The notes beneath the pieces were generated by a model. It saw only the letters and a program-made list of their open reading frames with translations. It searched no databases and had not been told where the DNA came from. Shown here piece by piece: positions 39,601 to 51,173 of a stretch of 64,000 nt of DNA. Positions within the stretch are counted from its first letter, which is position 1, and each line of letters starts with the position of its first letter. The translations under genes were made by a program, and so were the position numbers. The DNA is from Lepidodermella squamata (taxonomy: Eukaryota; Animalia; Gastrotricha): positions 868,001-932,000 of the forward strand of contig JBLDXI010000019.1 in NCBI GenBank assembly GCA_047495785.1, read 5' to 3'.

Positions 39601-42600
39601 TTAAAGTAAATTTTACAATATTTACTGAGCTTTTTGAACTTCGTTGGAGTGGAAAATTTCTAAAATTCACTGATAAAATGCGTTTCAGTTAAGATTATAT
39701 TTCTAAATATTTTTCGCAATTTGAAATTTGAAGGGAATTAGATTTCGTAATTCTCTTAGGGAATTTATAGTGGGACTATAATTGAGTTTGTAGCGCACTG
39801 GCAATAAATTTTTCCGATTTTTTGTGACTTCGTGCTTTTCTCTTTTCAATCGGTACTCAGTCCCTATATGGATTCTTTATTTTGGGTACCTGGTCCCATC
39901 AGCTAGGTAGAAATATTTTCAATTGTGGCTTCCAATACTGCGATATCGGAAAAATCACTGATTTTTGAAATCGATAATTAAAATCGATATCGCCTCTGGA
40001 GGCTGAAGAATAATTCATAAATTGACTGGCGATTCTAGTGACTTGAAGCACCAACCTTTTTTGGAAAGTTTAGTGGCAGGGCCTCAAATTTGGCGCTGGA
40101 ACCTCATTTTCAAAAACATTTTAAAATTTGGGGAAAATTTGAAATATGACCCGAAAAATTGATATTTTTGTTAAATTTATTAAGGTGGCTTCCGATCCAT
40201 CTGGACGCTGCGATGCTCGTCGCCTTGCTCTGCTCATCCACGACTGCCTTCAACTACCTCGTCACCTGGGTGAAGTCGCAGCGTTTGGCGGTACCAATGT
40301 CGAACCCAGTGTCCGCTCCTGCCTCGCCCTCGCCGAACAGCAAATGGAAAAGACAGCAAATGGAAAAGGGCCGCGGTAACAACAACACCAAACCCCCGAC
40401 CTCTCCCCGCCCAGCCCACCGGTCAATGGCTACCTCTGAAATATCGACCGGGCAGCAACCAGGCGGCGGGGCGTTTGACAACGGCGCTGTTATGGTGACA
40501 TCGACAACGTCGGCCGGCGGTGCTCAGATGCAGTCTCAGACGCTGATGATCAGCGTGGAGACGTTCCTCGAGTGGCTGCAACTCGAACCTCAGTCTTTCG
40601 TGTGGCTACCTGTGCTGTACCGCCTGGCACTATCGGAGACTGCCGAGCACCCGGGCGTGCGGTGCGCGATTTGCAAGTCGCACCGGCTGATGGGCCTTCG
40701 CTATCGCTGCCTTCGCTGTTTTTCGTTCGACATTTGCCAGACGTGCTTTTTCAGCGGGCGCGTGGCTAAATCGCACAAGTTGACGCACCCTATCCAAGAG
40801 TACTGTACAACAACAACGTCGTCGGAAGAAGTGCGCGATTTGACGACCGTTTTTTGCAACCAGTTCCGGCCGCGCTCCTACTTCAAAAAACACCGCCGAT
40901 TCGGCTACCTGCCCGTCCAAACCGTGTACGAGGGCACTCCAATCGAAGGGTAAGCAGCTAATTAGCTCACTTTTTTCGAGAGCTGATTTTTGATTAATTT
41001 TTTTGCGGAATAAAAGACTAAAGCAAGTTCATTGAATTCCCTTTAGACATTTGCGGTAGTTTTTTGTGTAAAATATGAGTCGATTTGATATCGCGTTAGA
41101 GCTAACTGGCCTAATTTCAACGACTTCTAGAATTTTTTCGGGGTTTCGTCAAATTTTTGAACTGTACGTTTTTCATCCCTGAATTTTTTATATTTTTTTC
41201 GATCGAACTTCCAGCCCTGCTTAAATATTCATCCGATAGTCCTTTGTTTCTTGGTCGATATAGAGTCATTTTAGCTATTGATCTCCACGTCTGACAATCA
41301 ACTTTTTTCGTCGTTGTAAAAATATTTACGGATGAATTAGGATTTGCTTCGCTAAAAAATGGCTTAATCGTATTGATTCTTCCCGTTGAGTGGCGCCTGG
41401 TCGTTTTTGCTAGCGATAATTACCATGCATTAGGACGATTAAGGCCGCAATTTTTTACTGTATTGTAATGATTTTTGACGCGTTGGCCTCTAGGGTATCA
41501 CCCGGAGTCGCAAAGTAGTAATGATGACGCTGGATGGAAAGCGAAAAACATATGAGGCCGTAATTTGATTGTGTCATTATCAACTTAGGCGCTATATACT
41601 TGTATAGAAAAAGAGGTCGGCAGTCGGAGAAAAGCCGCGGATACTATTACGCTTGGCCGAACAGCACGCAGCCGCGGCGCATTATCGATTGATTAAGGCG
41701 TTGTTTTGTTGTTGTGTGTCCGGCTAGCTTTTTTCCGCGCCACAAATGCAATTTTCGTTTCCCCTGCGCGCGATAAGTAGTAGCCGAGTCGCAATTTATA
41801 GCCCTGTTAACCCATTTGAAAAATTTTAAGGAGGCTTTTTTAATTTTTCTTTTCTAAATATAGGCCTGCGCCAACTTCTGTCGCGAGACATAGCCATCCG
41901 CCACCGCGCGTGTTCGACGAATATTCCGATCAAAACACGATCGAAAACACGTTTTCAGAACCGTCTCAGCCGATAACGCTGGCGGTGCCTGTTCGTGAGC
42001 AACAGCCGCCTCAAATTACAACAAGCAACGCATCGACGCCGCCAAGCGAGACGAATAACAACGCTACCTCGGCGCCGCAAATGCCTGTACCATCGTCGAC
42101 AGTCGCCACGCAGGGCGATATGTCCACCACGCTGGAGGAGACGTTCAGCTCGACGACGAGCAATGGGCGTTTCAACAATACTACGATGCCAACAATTCCG
42201 GCGAGTGATTCCGACCAGCAGGTGACGTCGACCGAGTCGGGCGATGACGAACATCTGTTGATAGCTCGTTACGCGCGAGTCTTGGAAACCGGCCCTGGCA
42301 ATTTCCGCCGCCAGTCGAACGGCGTCACTGTGATTTCGTACGATCAACACCGGCGTTCGAGCCGCGGCGAGGGCGTCGATTTGACGACGCCGTCCAGCGG
42401 CGAGAACAGCATGACGGTCGACTCGCCGAGCCATACGAGCCAGGCGACAGTTGTCACCGTTGTCCGGCATCAGCAGCAGCAGCAACAGCAGCCAGGGTCG
42501 TTGAGAATGGAACAACAGCCGCAGAGCCCGATGCAGATTTTAGCGGCGTTGGAGGCGAACCGGCTGCGTGATGATGTCGAAAATCGCATCAGGCAGCTGG

Positions 42601-43454
42601 AAAATGAAAGCGCGCGCCTTCAGGCCGAATATTCCCGCCTTCTGGTTAGTTTTTTTCAATCTCGATAATGCGTTTTTTTAACCCCGAAATTGCACCAAAA
42701 TCCCGTTTATTTATCTGAGACATTTTTTCTGCACTTGAAAAATGGTTTTCGAAATTTATAAATTAAGCGAATATTCAGCTTTGAATCAAGCAACGTTATC
42801 ATGTTGCCATTGTGGGCAAAGATATTACCCGGCTTATACTCGCCCTAAGCGGTACCAAGTTCGATTTAAGGAGGATTTTTTGGTAGCAAATTTTAATGAA
42901 TTTTTTTGTATATTTATGCGATTTTTTTCCCACAGACACAACAACGTCAAGTTGCCAACGGCACGCTAGGTCGAATTGGCGCCAGCCAGGAGGTGTTGGG
43001 CGAGGGTAAGGACGCGGCTGATGGGCCTCAGAAACCAGCCACCGAGGCTGATATGGCGAGCGAGGCGCGGTTATTGCGTCACCACCGCGACCGCCTCGAA
43101 CTTCGCCTCAGGATATTGGAGGAGCACAACGGCCAACTCGAGAATCAACTGGCTCGACTGCGGTTGTTGCTTGCCGATCACAACAACCGAAACCCGGCGA
43201 CTAACCAGCAACAGCAGCAGCAACAACAGCCGCAAATTCCGGCCTTTGACGGGAACCAGGGCGTAGCTCGGCCGCTTGGTGCCTCGCAATCGGCGCTGAG
43301 TGGCTCCGGAGCCCCGCCGGCCTATCGGCGGACAGGCGCGGCGGCGAATATGTCCGAGCTGCTGCAAATGGCCGATAGTATTGGCCAGGCTGTAGGCACC
43401 CTGGTGACCGTTTTAACGGATTCGGAAAGCGAAACGCCCGGAACGACTGCTTGA
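21684..43454 (+). CDS. DMD: Dystrophin/utrophin ortholog (~3845 aa if the 16-bp duplication is removed); exons 21684-21702 (or 23318-23375), 24769-24830, 24883-25056, 25109-25201, 25251-30167, 30639-30803, 31142-33104, 34968-35499, 36350-36539, 37728-37858, 38363-39605, 40185-40949, 41864-42644, 42936-43454
   Basis: CH1/CH2 ([42 protein letters not shown]), spectrin repeats, WW ([24 protein letters not shown]), EF-hands ([37 protein letters not shown]), ZZ (CAICK...[20 protein letters not shown]) and C-terminal coiled coils ([22 protein letters not shown]). Confidence 0.95.
40337..40368 (+). repeat. Perfect 16-bp tandem duplication (ACAGCAAATGGAAAAG x2) inside a dystrophin exon
   Basis: Copies at 40337-40352 and 40353-40368. 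The upstream frame stops at 40379 while the conserved ZZ region continues in another frame. Confidence 0.95.
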
Positions 43455-44306
43455 AATAAAACATTTCTTCGTTCATTTCTCTCTTTTCTTTCTCAAGGTG
43501 CTAAAAAAATAACTGGAAAATCGACAGTCAGAATGGGTTTTTTTCTTGTATATAAAACCGCCCTAATCTGGCGCAATCCTTCCATAAAGATTTTCTTGTT
43601 GATTGTTATATTCTACCTTAATTATATAATAAATTGTTGTATAAAGAAAATAACCGAGGCGCTGAGCGAAATTATTTACATTGAAAACACCTGCTTAACC
43701 TTATAAATAAATTTATTTATTTAATTCGAGGAGTATAGATGCGCCTTAAAAATGCCGTTTTTTTCGTTTTCATGTCGCCAAAAAAAATCATGCATCATCA
43801 AAATCGCACCCTGATTTGTTGCTGTTTATTGTTTCCTTCGCGTTTTCAATCACTGTTGAGGAGCAGGCAGTGTTCTTTTTTTCTGAGCAATACACGGTTT
43901 TTCGATGACGTGTGTTCTTATTGCGAGTTGAATGCAAAAAAAATGAAATGTCGCCAATTTTTCTGCTCTTATTCTCTAACTGTATCTCCGTACACCGCGA
44001 TTCTGACTCGCCAATTTTTCTCTTTTCTTCTGCGTTTTTGTACGAATTGTTATAATATTATCAAATAATATTATATATTAGCTATTTATGAAAATTGAGC
44101 GACGGCGAGTCTTGAACGTGTAAATAACTGATGAGATATAATAAGAGAAAATAAATCGATCTGTGAGTTCTAAAACCTGAGTTATTTCTTTTTCGGCAAG
44201 AGATTGTGTAACGCGTTACCTGTTGCGCAACAGTGCGTTAAGGTGGATTGGTTTCAGCCGAGTGCGAACCCGTATCCTGACAATGAGTTTTCAGTCCAGC
44301 TGAAAG

Positions 44307-45356
44307 ATGAAATTTATCAAAATTTCGCACTCTGTCATATTCATTTTGATGTACAGCCTATGTGCTGTGCTCGTTTTAATCATTTTCTGGCTGATCAGCG
44401 GCAATTATACCCAGGCTGAAGATGATCAAAATTACCCCATCGCTGCGCAGAAAAACACCGAAATACCTCGATTCACCCGGCGGAGGAACGTGATAGTCTA
44501 CCTGATGAAGGATGCTCTAATGCACCGCGGTCTTTTCACTGTTTCCCTTAACAAATTATTCAAGAATTTCAACTTACGGCGGCGCTATAAGGTCGTAGTA
44601 TTCCACGAGAAGTCCCTAGATTTACCTGCCCTGAAAGCCGATATAGCTAACACGACGGTTTTCTCGAAGAATAATTTGTTAGAGGAGCTTGTCGAATTTG
44701 TTGAAATTTCATTCAAATTTCCAGACCATTTCAACCCGGAAAAGGAAGATATTTCTTCCTTTGTCTACAGCCATGCCTTCCCCAGTTATCATAGCATGAT
44801 TCGATTTTGGTTTATTCAGGTTTTTCAAGAGCCAGTTATGCGTGACGTCGACTACGCCTGGAGGTTAGACTACGACAGCTTGCTAACGAACCCGATCGAC
44901 TACGACATTTTCAAGCTTATGGCCCAGAAAGGAGCGATTTACGGCTACCGAATATCTGATAAAGATTCGCTCGAAGTCACCAGAAATTTGAAGGAATTCA
45001 CTGAACATTTCATTGAGAAAAATAAGGACATTATTTACCCATTTGCGAAGGATCAAGTTTGGAATAAGACCATGTCATCCTATATGCCGACTTATTACAA
45101 TAACTTCGAGATATTTCACGTACCAACATTTCGCAATCACCCTGGGATTACTCATTTTACGAATGAAATCGACCGATCTCATGGCATTTATAAATTTCGC
45201 TGGGGCGATGCTCCGTTGCGATATCTCTCGATTAATCTGTTTTTCGACGTCAAAGAACGGGCGCATCAATTCTGCGATATTCCTTACTACCACCAAAGAC
45301 TTTATAAGAAGACTTGCAAACCTCCAAGAATGTTCAAGAATTTTTCGAAAAATTAG
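44307..45356 (+). CDS. GT15 family (KRE2/MNT1-like) alpha-1,2-mannosyltransferase, type II membrane protein, intronless
   Basis: N-terminal TM; YHSMIRFW, DYAWRLDYDS, YGY, YYNNFEI and GIYKFRWGDAPLR are Glyco_transf_15 motifs. Confidence 0.88.
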   Translation: MKFIKISHSVIFILMYSLCAVLVLIIFWLISGNYTQAEDDQNYPIAAQKNTEIPRFTRRRNVIVYLMKDALMHRGLFTVSLNKLFKNFNLRRRYKVVVFHEKSLDLPALKADIANTTVFSKNNLLEELVEFVEISFKFPDHFNPEKEDISSFVYSHAFPSYHSMIRFWFIQVFQEPVMRDVDYAWRLDYDSLLTNPIDYDIFKLMAQKGAIYGYRISDKDSLEVTRNLKEFTEHFIEKNKDIIYPFAKDQVWNKTMSSYMPTYYNNFEIFHVPTFRNHPGITHFTNEIDRSHGIYKFRWGDAPLRYLSINLFFDVKERAHQFCDIPYYHQRLYKKTCKPPRMFKNFSKN

Positions 45357-45526
45357 CCGAATTTTAGTTACTATTGAAATAAAATGCAATTATTTAGGAT
45401 TGCCTCAAATTTCCATTTGAATTTAATATGAACGTGTTTCGTGAAAGGATTGGTACATACTTCTGCATAAGTTTATGGGAAGACAGACATTTCAAGTTCT
45501 TGATGATCCCCCAGAAATAATTTAGG

Positions 45527-46798
45527 ATGCATAATTTGTCTATGTTACGTGGCTCTGACATTCGGCGAGCTGTGATTGTAATCAGCGTCGTTTTTGTTAT
45601 CACCTTCATAATATTGGCGACTGGTCCCACGCCTGAGCACAAAGGCGAGGAGGCCAAAATCACTACAACTCAGTCGACAGCATTGCTTGCCGCTGCTGTG
45701 CCTCTGAAACGCTTCCCAGATTTCGACGAGTATGCGAAAGACCAAGAGAAAACCATCGTCCTGGTTGAGGAATTCGAATCTAGGCTATTGGTGAATACGC
45801 CTGAAAAGCCGAGGACAAAGCCTGCTGCAATTCAAGCAGATCCTACTACTACTACAATAACGAAAAAGCAAAATAAACGGAAAAATGTTATCGTTTATCT
45901 AATGAAAGATGTCGTCATGCACAGGGCAATTTTTTCGACTTCTCTCGCAAAACTGTTCAAAAATTTCAATGCGAAGTATGGCTACGAAGTTCTAGTCTTC
46001 CATGAACCGACCCTTGACGTTGATGCCTTCAAAACTGCGCTTAAAAACAACGCTTACTTTCGTGAACATTCTCAGTTTCTGCAAAATCTCGTCAGATTTG
46101 TTGAGGTGACCTTCAAATTTCCCGAGAATTTCGATCTCAAATCCGAAAATACGTCGAGCTACGTTAACGCAAACGCGTTCCCTGGCTACCACGGGATGAT
46201 AAGATTCTGGGTGAAGCAAGTTTTCAATGAAACCGCTTTGGACGACGTCGAGTATTACTGGCGTCTCGACTACGATTCACACATCAAAGTTCCGATTAAT
46301 TACGATTTATTCCAAGTTATGGCAGATGAGAAAGCGAAATACGGTTATCGATGCATGGATGGCGATACGCATGAGTTCACACGAGGTTTATGGCCGCTGG
46401 TCGCAGATTTCGCGGCGAATAACAGCGAATTAGTGCTGGATAATGGCAGCCAATTAGGACGCAATTTAAGTGCGAAAACCTACGACGACGTTCCGGTTTT
46501 TTACAACAATTTCGAAATTGTCCACGTGCCGACGTTTCGCTACCATCCTGGAATTGTCAAGTTCACGAATACGGTCGATCAAAGTTTCAACATTTATCGC
46601 AGGCGATGGGGCGATGCGCCGTTGCGATATCTTACAGTGAACTTATTCCTAAATCGGACTACAGAAGTTCATCATTTTTGCGATATTCCCTACTACCATC
46701 AGAGGCAGTATAACCCCGACTGCCCATCAGCTAGAAAATCAATAAAAGCGAAAGAACGTGGCTATCAATTTATTTTCATGAAATCTCATAACAACTGA
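45527..46798 (+). CDS. Second GT15 (KRE2/MNT1-like) mannosyltransferase, tandem paralog with longer stem
   Basis: N-terminal TM; GYHGMIRFW, EYYWRLDYDS, FYNNFEIVHVPTFR, IYRRRWGDAPLR. Clearly paralogous to 44307-45356. Confidence 0.88.
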   Translation: MHNLSMLRGSDIRRAVIVISVVFVITFIILATGPTPEHKGEEAKITTTQSTALLAAAVPLKRFPDFDEYAKDQEKTIVLVEEFESRLLVNTPEKPRTKPAAIQADPTTTTITKKQNKRKNVIVYLMKDVVMHRAIFSTSLAKLFKNFNAKYGYEVLVFHEPTLDVDAFKTALKNNAYFREHSQFLQNLVRFVEVTFKFPENFDLKSENTSSYVNANAFPGYHGMIRFWVKQVFNETALDDVEYYWRLDYDSHIKVPINYDLFQVMADEKAKYGYRCMDGDTHEFTRGLWPLVADFAANNSELVLDNGSQLGRNLSAKTYDDVPVFYNNFEIVHVPTFRYHPGIVKFTNTVDQSFNIYRRRWGDAPLRYLTVNLFLNRTTEVHHFCDIPYYHQRQYNPDCPSARKSIKAKERGYQFIFMKSHNN

Positions 46799-48853
46799 TT
46801 GGCCGCTAGCCAAGGCATTACAACGAATAGAACAACAGGTGACAAGAAAGCGGTTAACGATGCTATAATCATAAGGCTGTTGTCTACGAAGCACGACACA
46901 TCAGCCCAGGTCTCAAACATGGGCGGGCAGTTCGATTGATAACCGCACGGTGTTTTTATCTGATTAGTCGACTCAGCCGATGGGACGCCGATTCTAATAT
47001 CAACAGGTGGTCGATTTTCGATAGAAGGGTTGTTGGGCAGGTTCAAACTCTGCCGCATTTTCAATGTGTTGCTATATTGGCTGAGGAAGGTCTCCGAGAT
47101 TTGAACAGATCCTTCGATATTTGTAGTCCCGCTAGGGTCGGATATTCGAAAAATGCTCTCCACCTGGGCGAGGGGGGCCTGTTTACGCGCGGGTGATGGG
47201 TCGAGGCGGCGGGTACTACTCGGCGTAGCCTGGCTTTGATCACCACTGGTCTGGTCAAGGGAAAAGCATCGTTGCTTCCGATGTCTCGAGCAGATGTATA
47301 CTGGGTGAGGTATGCGTTTGAGCCAACGTGGAAGAGGAACGTTTTTTGTATGCTGGACAACGTATTTAGCCACTAGTACCGATGTAGCGACTGACAAACC
47401 GGACACGACAATCACGCAGAAAATGTATATAGCTGGAAAAGAATTCAATTCAACGTATTTGCTCAACTTGAATGAAACTTACAAAGTAAAGGAACATCTG
47501 TAGAGGTCTTCGGCAACTATAACAGGAAATTTTTCTCATAAATTGATTTATAAAATGGAAAAAATACCTGAGAAACGACCACAGTTTGAAATACAATAAC
47601 AGAAAGTAGGATTGTTGTAGAAGACCCAACTCGCTGCGGATGAGTTCCGGGTAGGATGAAGAACAGCACTTGCATTGCGGACAATATGAAAGCCGGTAAG
47701 ATGAAGTTAATTAAATGATAAATATTGGCACGTTCGATTTGCATAAAAAATTCAACCCGAGTGAATAGCGTTTTAGATCCAACCTAAAACGATTCCAAAA
47801 AAATTACAAAACAAAATCAGTTGATTCCGAATAGAATACCTGGTTTATAATATTGCGACCCGAAAATGAGATCAATTTCCAAGTTTCGCCATCAGTATAC
47901 ATTCGAGTATCCACTGGCTGACTCTTGGAGCGAAGAGTCAGATTCATGAAACGAATGTCCAGAGTTGGACTTTCAAAAATGAAGGGACATCGCTGTTTAT
48001 CGTAAGGGTAGTACTTCAAGCTGAGCTTGCAGTATGTCCGAACAATTCCAGTTGGATGCCACCAAACCCGACCGGTACTTTCGACCTTTACCTCAAATCT
48101 CATATCACGAACGACGTGGTAGACATCGTAAACACTGTTCCTGAAATTTTGAAATTAATTTGCCGTAATTGTGAAAAAAATTGATTTTTTACATTATGGC
48201 AATGTCGGGTGACCAAACTGAATGGGCTGGAACTACAACCTCGCTCAAATCTGAGTAGTTCTTTGGATTCCATGCCAACCTTTTGTCTTGCCAAGTCTAT
48301 AACAAAAAATTGAAACCTAATTATTCCTCTAATTTTTACCATTACCAGCTGGAGCCTTAGCGTAGTTTCAAGAACTTCATTTCGCTCTGTCAGGTCCTGA
48401 ATCTTCACCGGCATCAGCTTGATCAACACCTGAATCGGAAGCTCATCAACATTTGGCTGCTGCAAGACAGGATTTCGGACGAAATGTTGTAGTAGCTTGA
48501 ATCGGCCAGCAGAGTGACCACGAGGCATCGGAGCGCCAACAACCGGTAGAGTGAATGCTACCTTCGGTCTATCAGTCGCCGAAATCGAGTCTTTTTCAGT
48601 ATAATTGCTTGCAACCAGCCCGAATTCGCTGCTTTCGATTGAGCCAGTAACTGCTTTTCCAACAGTTTTTTCCGCTTCGCTCTGAGCATTTTTCGGTTGA
48701 ACGAACCGCAGCAATAGCTCCGAACTCGTTTCCTCACTTTGAGCATCTATAAATACGAAAAATTTCAAACAATTACAACGCAATTAAATACAAGTTATTA
48801 CCGTTGTTTCGAAAGATTATGAGCAAATTTGTTAAAAGAAATATTGTTTGCAT
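46786..48853 (-). CDS. Cys-loop ligand-gated ion channel subunit (nAChR-like, non-alpha), ~7 exons
   Basis: Spliced TWQDKRLAWNPKNY...VWSPDIAI, Cys-loop CKLSLKYYPYDKQRC, M1 LINFILPAFILS, M2 RVGSSTTILLSVIVFQ, LPKTSTDVPLL, M3, and M4 WADVSCFVDN. ATG at 48853; ~50-nt introns. Confidence 0.9.
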
Positions 48854-50681
48854 TTTTTGCCGCGTAACTGCTCATCCGGCGTGTTTGCGCAGAAAATCGG
48901 TCATTTTTATCTGCTGCGCAGACCACTAACAATAACCTAAATCATTGAGGAAAATTAATCATCACTGCTTTTAGCACTCTTGTTTATCGAGGCTATGCCC
49001 TTCTTCTTTTATCTTCTATAATAAAGGCATCAGGAGAAATCGGCTGTTTCGAGGGAGTAAAATGTTGCGATCGCGGGTGTAATGCAATAATATAGGCATA
49101 GCGCGCAAGTGGAACGGCGCCTTTGTTTAGCGCGCCGCTTCGTGCATTATTTTTCGGCCGCGCCTTTTCACCGGCCCGATCGCGACGATAAAGACTGATT
49201 GAAGTTGTAACACCCAATGATCTTTCTTGTTATTTTGACAGATTTTTCAGCGGTTTTACAGCTCGTTGTTTTTAGTAAATTCCAATTTTACATAATTAAT
49301 GAGAGTCTCTGAATGTGTGGATAATAATAAAAAAATTTGCATTATATTTTTCGGGGCCGAATATCTGAAATTAAAAAGAACATGACCTACTTCCATACCA
49401 ATAAAAGGAGGATATTTTACGAATCATCGAAAAGATATTTTGGGATAATGATGTCCCGCTATCATTATCTAATATTGGTTAAATTTCCTGGTTTTTCCCA
49501 CCCTGTGGTAATAACAAAAAGATGACATAATTTGCGCGCTTTGCCACCAGTTGCAAGCGATATATAGGGCTGACTAGATATAATTTTCTGCCATTGGTAT
49601 CGCGGTTTGTGTAAACTGGAGCTGTCATGTAATACGTATATTTTATCGGGCCTGTCATCGCCTCGCTCATTTTCGATGGTCAATATTGAATTATCGGACA
49701 GCTCATCGATACAATGAACATGCTGCTGGTCGCGTAGTCAGGAAATGGGTCGCAGGCAGCTTTTCGTAAACAAAAAAATTAATTCGAATGACATTCGAAT
49801 TTTAACCGAGTCTGAAATGCTGTAAGACTTGGTTTTTACTCTGGGAACTGGTAGTGATTTTTATCAATCGAAATTTAAAAGTGAGATATGAATCATATGA
49901 ATTCAGAATTTTAGCCATCATTTCAGAATCTGAATCGAAATTTTGGAAAAAGTCCATTTTCCTTTCTTCGATTGGCAAGAGCTTTCACCTGGAAATAACT
50001 GGACTGTTGAAATGCTTTGAATCCGTGAAGCTTATCATTTTAATTTTTACGATTATAGCATTGCTATAAAAATGACGACAATAAAATAAGCCATTGGCGC
50101 CGTGGCGGCACGAGTTTGAGTGTTGAATTAAGGCATGCGAGTACTCAGCCTGCGTTATACCACGATATAAGTCGACTGTGGCACTCAACAAGTTCACAGC
50201 TAGAATAAAACTGTACAAACGACAGCGCTCTATGTGGAAGGATGGATGGCTACAGGTATTTCGTCCTTTTGGTCATTATAGTGCTGTGTGTTAAGAGAGT
50301 TATTTAACACTAGCTTTGCATCTCGCCAGTCTGTGCACTCGTATTCGGGTATAAATGCCGCTGAATAAAGCAAGATCATGATATCACGCTCCGCAGCTTC
50401 CATTACACCACCGTGCACGAGGTACTAATATCAGCCCCATCAGATATAGGTCGTAAATCTCTTTTGGATCATCGCTAGGTTTTCAGCCATGACTTGTGGG
50501 TCTAGCATCCTTTGTTTACAGTAGTAAATAGAAGAACTTCTCAGCTTTCAGCATTCATTTTACATGTGAAATATCAATCAGCCAACCCAAACTGTTTTTT
50601 TTCGCTTCTAAATCCTTGAAATAATACGGTTTCTTTTACGATAGAACAACAGTTCTTAATTTCTTAGGATAATGCTGTCAT

Positions 50682-51173
50682 ATGATTCATAACTTTCTAA
50701 CGTTTTTCCTCGCCTCAATCGCCTTGCATTTGGGGTATGTGATCGGGTCCTCGAAATGGGTCGATTTTACTGAAAGCGAAGACCCGCCAGAAATTCGAGG
50801 CGAAAAGGCTAAAACGCTCTACGCCAAAATGTCGCCTGAACAACGCTACGTCATCGAGGCTGTAGCAACTGTTCTCGAGGGCGAGTACGTCAACAAATAT
50901 GCCGATCTGGCTAGGCGAACTTCGAATGAGTTGAACCAAAGAACGGAGGAACTAGCGGAGCTATCGTCGAAAATCACTGAAATGGTACGGATAACTCATC
51001 AGCGCAACTGGACTAGGCTGATGGTCGAGGCGACTCTATCGTGTCTAGCTTGTGCTTTAACTCTACTGCTGACTTACACGCTTAGGAAGGCGATGAATCA
51101 GGAAAAATGGATTGCGGAAGCTATAAGGCAGCAAAACCAGCAAAACGTTATTTTCGGTCGGGCGCCTCTGTGA
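50682..51173 (+). CDS. Orphan 163-aa protein: hydrophobic N-terminus, coiled coil, C-proximal TM segment
   Basis: Uninterrupted ORF with coding-like composition in AT-rich flanks, a splice-acceptor-like TTTCTTAG just upstream and AATAAA ~12 nt after the stop. Confidence 0.6.
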   Translation: MIHNFLTFFLASIALHLGYVIGSSKWVDFTESEDPPEIRGEKAKTLYAKMSPEQRYVIEAVATVLEGEYVNKYADLARRTSNELNQRTEELAELSSKITEMVRITHQRNWTRLMVEATLSCLACALTLLLTYTLRKAMNQEKWIAEAIRQQNQQNVIFGRAPL

